A DNA stretch of 64,000 bases from Octopus bimaculoides. Its lineage: Eukaryota. Shown piece by piece: positions 11,681 to 23,839 of the stretch. Every line of letters begins with the position of its first letter. Positions within the stretch are counted from its first letter, which is position 1. The notes below the pieces were generated by a model. That model was not told where the DNA came from. It did no database searches and was given only the letters and a program-made list of their open reading frames with translations. The DNA lies in contig NC_068988.1 in the NCBI RefSeq assembly GCF_001194135.2, positions 34,600,600 through 34,664,599 of the forward strand, read 5' to 3'. The translations under genes were made by a program, and so were the position numbers.

Positions 11681-12799
11681 CCTTACCCCTGTTGAGAAAC
11701 ATGAAAACCAGCTAGGGAATTTTATTTAAGAGAACATAAAAACATCAAATGATGGGAATTGTTGGTAAGTACAGAAAAGAAAGGTCTCTCAGTAGCAAAG
11801 TACTTTGACGATGATAAACTGGTAATTGCCCAAATAACTGGATAGATAATCTAACTTTAGGGATAGATAGATAAATGGATAGGTTTAGAGATAGATAGGT
11901 AACTGGATAGATAGACAGATGGTTGGTTGGTAGGTTAGTTGGTAGATAAGCATAACATTTAGTAGGCTGATTAATAGTGATGCAGGCATATATGATGTTA
12001 GTTAATTGGGTAATTAAGTTGATAGGTAATAAACTCACACAAACATTTGCACACTTATACACATGCACAGAAATAAATACACATAGATGGAAGAGAAGTG
12101 GCATGTTAATTAGGTATGTATATCGAAATGTAACATTTTTCTCTTCTTCAGAAACTATATCTGATGATGACTGTGATGATAATGATGATGATCAATGTCT
12201 TTCTGTAGTTTATGTGAATAAGATTGGAGTGTTGGAGGGAGAACTCGATATAACTGCTGCATGTTCTTTATATTTATTTGGTAGTAGATATTAGAGATGG
12301 CTAAAGCACGAGAGAATCGTTAACTGAATGCTTTACCATATTTAGTTTCCTATCCCACGTTAAGGTGTTCAAAATCTCACAAGGTTATTATTCAGTTAGC
12401 TTCATCTTCCATTCCTTCCAGAATTGATAAAATAACTAACTACTAACGATGTATGGCATCAGCTGATTAATTTAATGTTTAGTGCAGGAGATGTTGATGG
12501 TAGTGGAAACAGATACAGCACTGGCTACTTGATTATAACAAGTCTGGTGCCTCTTATGCCTTCAGTTCAAATTCTCCTGAAGTTTTCATCACTTCACAGA
12601 TAATAAAATAGTTGCTACTGATAAAATGAATACTAGTTAGGTTTTTGATTGGGGGAAATCTAGTATAAGCACGCTGGTGTGGTTGTGTAGATAAGTTTAC
12701 TTTGTATTCAGAATGTTCTGAGTTCAATCTCACTGTATAACACTTATGGTGTTTTCTGCTATGGCTTTTGGTTCTCCAGTACTTTGTTGATGGAATTTA

Positions 12800-12842
<43 letters not shown>

Positions 12843-13282
12843 NNNNNNNNNNNNNNNNNNNNNNNNNNNNNNNNNNNNNNNNNNNNNNNNNNNNNNNNNN
12901 NNNNNNNNNNNNNNNNNNNNNNNNNNNNNNNNNNNNNNNNNNNNNNNNNNNNNNNNNNNNNNNNNNNNNNNNNNNNNNNNNNNNNNNNNNNNNNNNNNNN
13001 NNNNNNNNNNNNNNNNNNNNNNNNNATATATATATATATATATATAAGATCTTCATCATTTTAATGTTTATTTTTCAAGCTTATATGTATCTGATGAAAT
13101 TCATTGTGCCCTTCCTGTTCCCAATCCTTACCTGTTTCCTAGCATGGTGATATTGGTAATATATTCCTGTAGCCAGACATGTTTGCATGCATGACTGGAA
13201 GGGAAATAACATTACTTACATGATGGTGACACCTGTTCACATATAGAACATGATGTCAAGACATGAGCCCACTAAAGCGCTT

Positions 13283-13315
<33 letters not shown>

Positions 13316-14085
13316 CCCACACACACACACACACACACACTCTTGCATGTGTGCATGATTGTGTGTTAGCATTCTCTCATATATATGATAGTCTCCTTTC
13401 TATTTCTATCTATTTTATCTATTCAGAAGGCTTTGGTTGGCCTGTGTCTAGAGAAAAAGACACATACCCAAGGTGTGGTTCTGTGAGGCTGAACACAAAA
13501 CCTCACAGTTGGGAAGCAAGCTGCTTAACCACTCTGATATGCTTCAGTCTACTTATTCAATACTGATCAAATACTAAACAGTAACACCAACAATGTCTAT
13601 AATGCATTCTGGCTGTGGCAGGGGTGTTAAAAATAATTCAATTCTTCCTTCATTATACAAAACTTATGACTAGCTTGTGTTTCCAATTTTTAATGAGTAT
13701 TCATTGAATTAACTGTGTAAAGATGAACAACAGAAGCAATAGTTGCAACAATGAAGTGAAAAACAATTCCAACAACAACAATACTGAAAATGAAAAGCTT
13801 TTGTTATTGTCGCAGAAGTTTATATGTTCATGAAATAACTTCATAAAAATTTGGGGACAATAGCAGAATTTGGTCACTGAACAAAACGTGACTTGACTTT
13901 CAGTCCATTGAGGCCTTGCTTGTGTGTGCATATGGATGTATACTGTGTAGCTATCTGGTGTGTGAATTAAAACTCTGTTTATCTGTATATGATATGTAGA
14001 GGTGTATGTGTAAGTTTGTGGGCTTTATGTGTGCATATGAATGTGTGTGCCTGTAGCTATCTGATATGTGTGTGTCTGCATATAA

Positions 14086-14118
<33 letters not shown>

Positions 14119-14829
14119 GTAAGAGATATGTGTAAGTTTGTGGGTGTTATTTCTGAGTATTGATATGTATGTGTGTAGCTGTATGATATGAAATTAAAAT
14201 GTGTCTGTGTATGAGATCTGTGTGAGTGCGTTTCTGTGTGTTTTGTTTGTGTATGCATGTGTACAAATATTTCTGACATGTGAATTAAATATAGAATGTA
14301 TGTGTGTGTGCTATAGGATATGTGTGGATTTGTGTGCAATATGTGTGCATATGAATATGTATATAGTTATCTGATATTTGATTAAAATATAGAATGTGTA
14401 TGTATGTGTTCATATGTGTGTTTTGTGTACATAATAATGTGTTCATGCCAGTATGTTAATGTATATTTGGGTATATCTGTTAATGTGTGTGTTTGTATAT
14501 GTATATTATGTTAATATGTGCATGTCTTCTGTATATATGTATGTGTAGATATTTGTACGTAATTGTAGTTTGATTCAGAATTGCATTATTTAAATATTCA
14601 ACTGAAGAAAGAGAAACAGTGAGAACAAGCATCCAAACAATCATAAGTGTCCTTCTCACTCCTGTGGAACTTGAAGTAACATGATTTTGAGTCCCTGTTA
14701 ATACAAGCAAAAATAAACTATACAAAATATGTTCAGTGATCTTTTCTTTTGTTTGCATACACACACACCCATACACATGTATATTCATACACTTATACTT
14801 ATATGCATATCATTATATATATATATATA

Positions 14830-15203
14830 GGCATAGGAGTGGCTGTGTGGTAAGTAGGTTGCTTACCAACCACATGGTTCCGGGTTCATTCCCACTGCGT
14901 GGCACCTTGGGCAAGTGTCTTCTACTATAGCCTCGGGCCGACCAAAGCCTTGTGAGTGGATTTGGTACACGGAAACTGAAAGAAGCCCGTCGTATATATG
15001 TATATATATATATGTGTGTGTATGTATGTTTGTGTGTCTGTGTTTCTCCCTCCAACATCGCTTGACAACCGATGCTGGTGTGCTTACGTCCCTGTAACTT
15101 AGCGGTTCGGCAAAAGAGGCGGATAGAATAAGTACTAGGCTTACAAAGAATAAGTCCATGGCCACAGTCAAATGACTGAAACAAGTAAAAGAGTAAAGAG
15201 AGT
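14830..15203 (+). mobile_element. Best-preserved tRNA-derived CORE-like SINE (Octopus-type)
   Basis: A-box-like gtggctgtgtggtaag, B-box ggttcattccc, core gcaccttgggcaagtgtcttc, internal (TA)/(TG) tract and tail cagtcaaatgactgaaacaagtaaaagag. CpGs are retained, suggesting a younger copy. It lacks the gatttgtttga...gccccag segment present in the 1721 copy. Confidence 0.9.
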
Positions 15204-15849
15204 AATAATATATATATATATATATATATAGATATATATACACACACACACGCACACACATACACACACTGGAGTTTGGTGTTGTCCTCTAGCTCACCAG
15301 CTCCTTTCAAACTGTCCAACTCATACCAGCACAGAAAATGTATGCTAAATGATGGTGATATTTAATGATCATTATAATCAGCTGGATATGGTGTCAAAGA
15401 ATTTATAGATATCTGGGCATTGGTGGTTGGGGTGGAGACTAGGAATCTGTGTTATTTTTTTAATTGGGAACAAGATTTTATTATTTCACTTGAAAAGAAG
15501 CATTTTTCTCTTGGGCTTATCTTAATTGTACTCAGCTTATCAATCTGTAAGACTTGAAAGGGAAGTCAAGAGAACACCACCAACTTCCTACATGAAAGAT
15601 AATTTCACATAGCAATGAAGCAAAACAATATAATAAATTCTTCCTTACAATATGCACATCACTTGTGTGTATGTATTTGTGCCAATTAATATACATGTGT
15701 GTATAATGCTGTAGTGTGTGTGGTATGTGTATAATGTTTTGTAGTATGTGCTTGTACAATATTGGTTGGGGGCGACGCAAGTGTGTATACATTGTTGTCT
15801 GTATGTGTCTGTGTTGATTTACATTGTTATACGTGTGTGCAGATGTATG

Positions 15850-15991
<142 letters not shown>

Positions 15992-17080
15992 TGGATAGAT
16001 AGTAAGTTAGTTAAACATAGTTACACTTCAAACATATATTTGCATGGAGCATAGAATACAGATTATGAAATAATATGCATGCATGTACATACATACATAC
16101 ATACATACATGCATATAAAATAATGTCATGTCTCTTCTATCCCCCTCTCTATAATTTTTTACTCTATTTTATAACCTGTATTTTGTGCTTTATGTAAATA
16201 TATGTATCAAGCTAAACTTTGTTTATCTATTTTACTACCTCCATAACAAGGCAAGGCCACGCCTTACCCTGAATGAAGAAGCTGAAATTCAAGTTTGTAT
16301 TCATTTCAACACTACTCTGTGTTATCTATCATTATCATAATCCTTTCACATCTGTTTTCCATGCTGGCATGAGTTGAACAGCTTGATCACAGCTTGCAAG
16401 TTTGAGAACTGCACCAGGTTCCAGTCTAATTTGGTTTGGTTTCTGCAGCTGGACACCCTTCTTAACGCCAACCACTTGACAGTGGGTGCTTTCAATGTGG
16501 CACTGTTATGAGTGCTTTTGCATGGCACAGACACAGGACTCATCAGGAGAATACATACATACATATATATATATATATGCACACTAGGGTACTACCCATC
16601 TTGTGACTGGTAACTTCGGAAGTATACATTTGCCACAGTGGATAATAACAGGAAATATTGCATACATGCAGTAATTATATAACTTTTTATCAAATTTCTG
16701 GGTGTTTTTAGATAATGATGAAATGAATACCAATTTTCAAACAAAAGGCCGCAACCACATGGCTGAAATGAATAAAAGGATAAAATAAATTTTAATAAAA
16801 GAATTTTCTCATTTGTATATTTGCAATAACTTTGTTTTTTTTTTTTTAAACCTTATGAACATAATTACATTGTACTCTGTCAAAAACCTATTTCTGCAAA
16901 ATTTTATTTAATATTAAAATGTATATTTTCAAGAGTTATAAAGCACTTGCCATGCACCTTTTATGTTAACTCTCTCTGTGACTCTCTTTTACTGTCTCCA
17001 TCTCCCTCTAAACAATGTAAAGCCTGACTGGTGAAGTCAGCTATCCAACCAACATTTATGATAACTATTATTTAATATGT

Positions 17081-17111
<31 letters not shown>

Positions 17112-17164
17112 TGCATGTATATGTGTGTGTGTGCATATATAGATATATATACACACATACACAT

Positions 17165-17320
17165 AGGTGTAGGCACAGCCGTGTGATAAGAAATTTCCTT
17201 CCCAACTTCATGGTCCTGGGTTCAATCTCCCAGTTTGGTCCTGTGGGCAAGTGTCTTCTGCTATAGCCCTGTCACACCTTTGTTAGTGGATTTGGTTGAC
17301 AGAACCTGAAAGAAGCCTCC
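17165..17320 (+). mobile_element. tRNA/CORE-like SINE 5' half
   Basis: gtaggcacagccgtgtgataag...gggttcaatctc...gggcaagtgtcttctgctatag...gtggatttggttgacagaacctgaaagaagcc, colinear with 14830. Confidence 0.8.
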
Positions 17321-18479
17321 GTGTGTGTGTGTATATATATGAAACTGATAATGCAGTATTTAGTGTTCTTAGAAGATATCCATGTTAAGTTGGATATAAG
17401 GATTGCTTTGCCTTTTAGTATTAATACTGCTTCTGTTGCTTATACACACACACACATAGACACTCATGTATATATGCACATACACATGAATGTCAATTAT
17501 GTGTAGCAACCTGATATGTGAACTGGAATATAATGAGAAGTATGTTTAGCCATGGGAAATATTACCTCATTTGAAAGCAGTTGAGGATTAGCAACAAGAA
17601 GGACATTGGACCACAGAAAATATGCTTCAACAAATTCTGTCTGACCCATGCTAGCATTAAAAAGTGGCTGATAAAACATGTTTATGTGTACATATTGTAT
17701 GTGGATGCACATGTGTGTACATGTGTGTTTGTGTGCATGCATGTGTGCAGCTGTATTGATATGTATTGCTGTGAAGCTAACTGATATGCAGATTCAAATA
17801 TAGTGTGTGTATGTATGAATTTGTCTAGACAGTTATATATAGTTAATAGAATTCTGGATTTTATGTTCTGAGATCAAATAATACTGTAGTCTACTTTACC
17901 TTTCCCCCTTATGGGGTGAGTAGTGGTGATCATAAAATATCAAATCGAGTACTGTAATTAATTGATTACACACATTGATGGAAACTTTGATCTTGTGATT
18001 ATGTTATAAATTATTATGAGCATCACAGATGTCTATGTCATTAGATTCACTTGTATAACATTAGAGCTGTAGTGGAATTAACTGATGCTTTTCTTTAATT
18101 CTTGATAGAAATCTTAGGTTAAAACAGGAATTTTATTCTACCAAAATATGAAGACATTTAAATTGAAAGATATCGGTGATCTCAAACAAATTAATTTTTG
18201 CACTTCATTGATAGATATCAATACTCAGTTGCTGTTATAATTTTTTTTTTTTTAAATGTACATTGAATATCTCTGTTGTATTCTTAATGAATGTCTTGCC
18301 CTTATCACTTATCAGATTTCTCACAAAAATAATTATTTGGTTTTAATTATTCCAGGTTCAATAAAATAAGCATCTAGTCACAATGATTGATTCTGTCTGC
18401 CAGCTTCTGCACACTTCTTTGTCTTAGCATGATTGAGAAATCATCATCATTATCTCTACCACATCATGATCATCACCCC

Positions 18480-18510
<31 letters not shown>

Positions 18511-18964
18511 GCAGCAAGCTGGCAGAATCATCAGTCTGTTGGAAAAGTTACTTTGCAGCATTTGTTCTGGTTCTTTATGTTCTGATTTCAAATCCTGCTG
18601 AGGTTAACTTTGCCTGTCATCCTTAGGAGGTCAATCAAATAGAGTACCAGTCATGTACTGCACTCAGTGGTTTTGACTAATCCTCATCCAGCTAAAACTT
18701 CTGGCGTTGTGCCAAAATTTGAAACAATTATTTTTGTTAAGGTGGTAGGCTTGGACAATTGCTAGGGCATTGGAAAAATTCCTTTCATTATTTGACCTGG
18801 TTCATTATGTTCTGAGTTAAAATCCTGCCATTGTCAACTTTGCCTTTTATCTCTCCAGTGTTGATAAAATAAAATATGTGTCAAATACTGTGGTTGATGT
18901 AATCAACTTGCCTTGTCCCCTTAAAATTGCTGGCTTTGTGCCAAGAATAGAATTATCATTATTG

Positions 18965-19467
18965 AGTGTGAGAGCAGCACATGCCATCAAAATAACACTG
19001 GAGTACAAATATACGAAGCCCAATATACTCATCATGACTATCTGTCTGATAAGGGTACACCAAGCATGTGCATCACAACCATATATACACAACATGGTGA
19101 TTTAATAAGATGATACACAGCACATGACCTTTCAGGTGGGGCTCAGTTAGAATTTCCTTCAGGTCGAGTAGCCCATCCTGTTCAAAAGGTCCCTGAATTA
19201 GGGTTGCTTAAGGATGATGAACAAAACACAAATGATTCCTCTCAACACATGACTATGATGTTCCCCCACTTTTTCTGCTTGTGATTAGGAATACACATAT
19301 CAGCCACTAAGGGACGTGCTGAAGTGATTAAGTAACAGACAAATTAATCTGTGGTATTGAGCAGAATATTTGCTTTAGCCTATCTTTTACTCCAAGGCAA
19401 AACAGGTACATGATAACACTTCAAATCGGTCAAGAGCAAAAGCCATGACAGCCACTGCCTGGTACCA
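18965..19467 (-). mobile_element. Unclassified non-autonomous retroposon-like repeat
   Basis: A GC-richer, high-complexity block ending (on -) in an aataatgataat tail. It resembles a high-copy octopus repeat from memory; there is no second copy in the window to confirm. Confidence 0.45.
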
Positions 19468-19493
19468 CATTATTATTATTATTATTATTATTA

Positions 19494-19670
19494 AGGCAGT
19501 GAGCTGGCAGAATCATTACTGCACTGGAAAAAGTGTTTAGCCAGAGTCAAATTTGTCTTTCATTCTTGTGAGGCTTATAGAACAAGTACCAGCTGAACAT
19601 TGGGATTGATATAATTGACTTAAACCCTGTCCTAAAATTGCTGGCCTTGTGCCAAAATTTGAAACCATTA
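19494..19670 (+). mobile_element. tRNA-derived SINE (gagctggcagaatc family), internally deleted
   Basis: aggcagtgagctggcagaatc head, caagtaccag, ctggccttgtgccaaaatttgaaacc tail and (TTG/TTA)n end. Confidence 0.75.
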
Positions 19671-19721
19671 TTGTTGTTGTTGCATTAACATTGCATATAT
19701 AATAATTGTTGAAAAATATAT

Positions 19722-19757
19722 TTATGTTCTTTTATTTTTTTTCTTTTGCAGGTAAGT
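19722..19757 (+). other. Candidate recursive splice site (3' acceptor fused to 5' donor)
   Basis: tttatgttcttttattttttttcttttgcag|gtaagt, with AG at 19750-19751 and GT at 19752-19753. Confidence 0.5.
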
Positions 19758-20239
19758 CCATTGCCCTAAGAAGACAATTGGCAGGCATTCTTATGTTTTT
19801 AAAATTCTTATTTAAATCCGGCATTTTGTTCATGGCCTGAGTTTATACAGTGAGTACCAGTTAAATAAATATTGTGATCTATTTAACCAGCTACAAGCCC
19901 TATAAATTTATTTGCTGTCTTTAGAATTTATTAATATTTCCATTTCATTTTTGTATTTGGGTTGCAAGATTCTTGTTGTGAACTTGTGTGTAGCAACAAA
20001 ATGACTTTGACAAACACAACTGATTGATTGATTAATTGAATGATTAATCAAACATTCAGTTAGTTGGTTAAATAGCTAGCCTATTGACATGCAATAATAA
20101 AGAAGTGATATTGAACCAGTGCATGTGTTTATTGTTGGCATAATGACCCTCTCAAGATATAACAATATATTTGGTGATATTACTATATTCAACATAATTG
20201 TAGAGTTTCTTCAAAGTTCTTTATCTAAAAAAAAAAAAT

Positions 20240-20445
20240 TGTGACTGAATCAGAAGAGGTTGAGCAGTGCTCATGACTCCAGGTTAAGATTGTGTGGAAC
20301 TTGGGGAGGGGCACAATTTTCCTCAGACTGTGAACCAGGCCTGAATACTTGCAACAGAATGGTCTCCATTTGAAGCAACTGGAGGCTAGATAAGGTGTTA
20401 AAATAGACGACAGGGTATTAAGCATACCACCCAAGTTAAAAACTA
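20240..20445 (+). mobile_element. Possible decayed LINE ORF1 fragment
   Basis: One frame reads FLRL*TRPEYLQQNGLHLKQLEAR*GVKIDDRVLSIPPK with interspersed stops. The resemblance to ORF1 of octopus Tx1-like elements is from memory only. Confidence 0.3.
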
Positions 20446-21312
20446 TGTGTTGAATTTATTTTTTTGTTTCAACTTAAATTAATTATCTTTAGTCTTTTAT
20501 ATTTCCTATTTGGCACACTGGTTGAATGATTCTGTTGTCGGATAAATCTATCTTGGATAGATTTCAGAAATGATTATCTGTCGCTGATGAGAATAGAAGC
20601 TGTAAAAAAAATTGTTTTAATTTATTGTGCGTAGTTTGAGATATATGTATACTTACATGCATACATACATGCATACACGTGTGTGTGTGTGTATTTATAT
20701 CATCATCGTTATCGTTTTCATGTCCACTTTTTCCATATGAGTCAGGCGGAGTTCAATAAAGAAAATTTTCTTCAGCTGTCCTTCCTCTAACCAGCACTCA
20801 TATTTTTCCAAGCCAGATAATACTTCATGACAGGACATGTTTCTGTGAAAGATTGGAAACAAATGACGTTTCTTCTGTGATGGTGACACTGTGACAACTA
20901 TCACATGATGTCATGATGAAGATACAGAAATATATATATACATATGTGCACACACACACACACACACGTGTGTGTGTGTGATGGGCTTCTTTCAGTTTCT
21001 GTCTATCAAATCCACTCAAAAAGCTCTGATCTTCTGAGGCTATTGTAGAAAACACTTGTCCAGGGTGCTTAGCAGTGGTACTGAACTCAAAATTACATGG
21101 TTGGGAAGTAAATTTCTTAACCACACAGCCAGCCAAGCCGTCTAACTCATGCCAGCATGGACAACGTACGTTAAATGATAATGATGATATATATGCATGA
21201 CTCACTCATTGTACCGCCATGTAAATTACGACATGAATATATACTTGACTATATTCAATCATTATTATTATTATTATTGTTGTTATTATTAGTATTATTA
21301 TTACAACAATTA

Positions 21313-21535
21313 GGATGGTGAGCTATCAGAGTGCTAGCAACATTTCTTCTGGTTTTATGTTCTGAGTTCAAATGCCTCTGAGATCGACTTTACCTTTTAT
21401 CCTTTTGGGATTGATAAATTAAGTACTAATGAAACTAATACTTAATTTAATGTAATCGACTTAGTTCAATGTAATTGACTAGCCCTCTCTCCCAAAATTT
21501 CAGGCTTGGTGTCTTTAGTGGGAAGGATTGTTGTT
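21313..21535 (+). mobile_element. tRNA-derived SINE (ggtgagct family)
   Basis: ggtgagctatcagag head, ttctgagttcaaat B-box, tcgactttaccttttatcctttt, taagtact and aatttcaggcttggtg tail. Confidence 0.75.
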
Positions 21536-23184
21536 ATTATTATTGTTATTCATAACTGGATGTTAGCAGTATTTGAGGCATTTGCTTGTAATATAATGGG
21601 GAAATGGACAAAATGAACATGCAACATTCATTGTGTGTACAAATATATATATATATATATATAAACAAAAGTNNNNNNNNNNAACACACACACACCCACA
21701 AACACACATGCATTCACACATGCACACACACATAAACATATACCTACTCACGTGTGTATTTGTGTGTGCATACACACATTGAAGCAGAACTCTTTATTTC
21801 TCTCAATCACTTAACCAATATATCTAAAAATATGTTTATATGTGTGTGCTCATACTACATATCTGAATGTATCCTCATCAGAATGTGTGCGTGTGTATTA
21901 ATGTAAAGAAGCACAGGTGTATGCACACACTCCTATATTCATGGACACATATATTTAGCCCTACCGAAATGAATAAGAATTCAAGTCAGAGCAGCACAAA
22001 TAACTACTGTCCAATTATGAGTCCTGTGAATATAAAAAAAAAAGAAAAAAAAGAAAGGCTACAATATGCTTCATATGACAAGAACTACCTTACCTTAAGA
22101 GCAAGCAGTACATACAATGCAGTGTTAGCAGGGTGCCAAATGTTGGCAGATCTGCCAGAACTGTCTTAACCATGCCAGAATAAAGGAATAGATATTAAAA
22201 ACCATTGACAAGAATTTCTGTCTCTCTCCCCCTCTCTCTCATATGTATGCATCTATATAATCATGCAACCAGGATATGTATAGCATGGCACAATGGATAT
22301 TAAATCAGCCATTATTATTTTCTGTGTGTGTGTGTATGTGTGTGTATGTTCTAATGTGTGTCTATGTACTAATGCATGTTGTCCTGTATATATGTCAGGC
22401 TTTTTTGTATGTAATAATTTTAGTTAATGCTGAGTTATTCATAGGACATATGTGTGTATATAATACTTGCATATACAGGATCATGAACAAACACACACAA
22501 GCACACCTTTGTATGTTTGTATTTAGCGGTATATATGTATCTATATGCATATATATATGTATGTGCATGTGTATATATGGTTGCTTCTGTGTGTGTGTGT
22601 GTGCATGTATGCATGTGTGTATATGTATTTGGTTATGTATGTATATATATATATGTATGTATTTAGTTATGCATGTATATTTATATATATATGNNNNNNN
22701 NNNNNNNNNNNNNNNNNNNNNNNNNNNNNNNNNNNNNNNNNNNNNNNNNNNNNNNNNNNNNNNNNNNNNNNNNNNNNNNNNNNNNNNNNNNNNNNNNNNN
22801 NNNNNNNNNNNNNNNNNNNNNNNNNNNNNNNNNNNNNNNNNNNNNNNNNNNNNNNNNNNNNNNNNNNNNNNNNNNNNNNNNNNNNNNNNNNNNNNNNNNN
22901 NNNNNNNNNNNNNNNNNNNNNNNNNNNNNNNNNNNNNNNNNNNNNNNNNNNNNNNNNNNNNNNNNNNNNNNNNNNTATATATGTATGTGCATGTGTATAT
23001 ATGGTTGCTTCTGTGTGTGTGTGTGTGCATGTATGCATGTGTGTATATGTATTTGGTTATGTATGTATATATATATATGTATGTATTTAGTTATGCATGT
23101 ATATTTATATATATATGTATATATTTATGTATTTGGTTATGTATGTGTATATATATGTATGTATGTATGTATGTATTTGGCTGT

Positions 23185-23750
23185 GTGGATGCGCTATGGC
23201 CCAATGGTTAGGGCAGTGGGCTGTATTGTTTTGGAATATTGTGATAATTTGAATCTTTACTCTAAATAAATTATTGTTTTCCTAATCATGTAACTTTTTC
23301 TACTGTCTTTTGAAGTACTTTGGAGATGAGAATATTCTTAGATATCTTCTCCTGTCTGGAGCTGAAAATTATATCATCAGCATCATTTAATACTTACTTT
23401 CCCATGCTTGCATGGATCAGATGGATCACTGTTTTGATTCTCAGACCGGGCGTTGTGAATATTGAGCGATAACATTTAATGCTCCACTAGGCTCCAGCAG
23501 GGCTTGGTGGCGAACCCTGCTGTACACTTTCACCACAACTTTCTCTCACTCTTTCTTCCTGTTTCTGTTGTACCTGTATTTCAAAGGGCCAGCCTTGTCA
23601 CACTCTGTGTCACACTGAATCTCCCTGAGAACTACGTTAAGGGTACACATGTCTGTGGAGTGCTCAGCCACTTGCATGTTAATTTCAGGAGCAGGCTGAT
23701 CCATTGATTGGGTCAACTGGAACCCTCATCGTCGTAACTAATGGAGTGCC
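23185..23750 (+). mobile_element. tRNA-derived SINE whose head is split by a 203-bp insert
   Basis: A-box half gtggatgcgctatggcccaatggttagggcag at 23185-23222; B-box half ggatcactgttttgattctcagaccgggc from ~23423; body continues to ggagtgcc at 23750. Confidence 0.8.
23223..23425 (+). repeat. Duplicate of 24464-24666
   Basis: Colinear and equal in length (203 nt), with long identical stretches such as ttactctaaataaattattgttttcctaatcatgtaactttt and tcttttgaagtactttggagatgagaatattctta. Confidence 0.9.
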
Positions 23751-23801
23751 GTAGTAAAATTTGGTTACGTATATACATATATATATACCTTGTCTTATTT
23801 T

Positions 23802-23839
<38 letters not shown>

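Noticed and set aside
12112-12150. Apparent 38-nt GT-AG intron followed by an Asp-rich frame (ETISDDDCDDNDDD)
   Set aside because: Too short for a typical metazoan intron, and the Asp run is a (GAT)n repeat common in the window.
14830-14900. tRNA-like A and B boxes here and in other SINE heads
   Set aside because: No complete cloverleaf, and each continues into SINE core sequence, so these are not tRNA genes.
18400-18545. Short inverted repeat tgattctg..gccagctt / aagctggcagaatca around (CAT)n
   Set aside because: Only about 15 bp, explained by two head-to-head SINE starts.
22276-23269. Long ORFs (up to 311 aa) and an exact 142-bp direct repeat (22552-22693 and 22976-23117) flanking an N gap
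   Set aside because: The ORFs run through Ns and TA/TG repeats. Identical copies on both sides of a gap are most likely overlapping contig ends, i.e. an assembly artefact.
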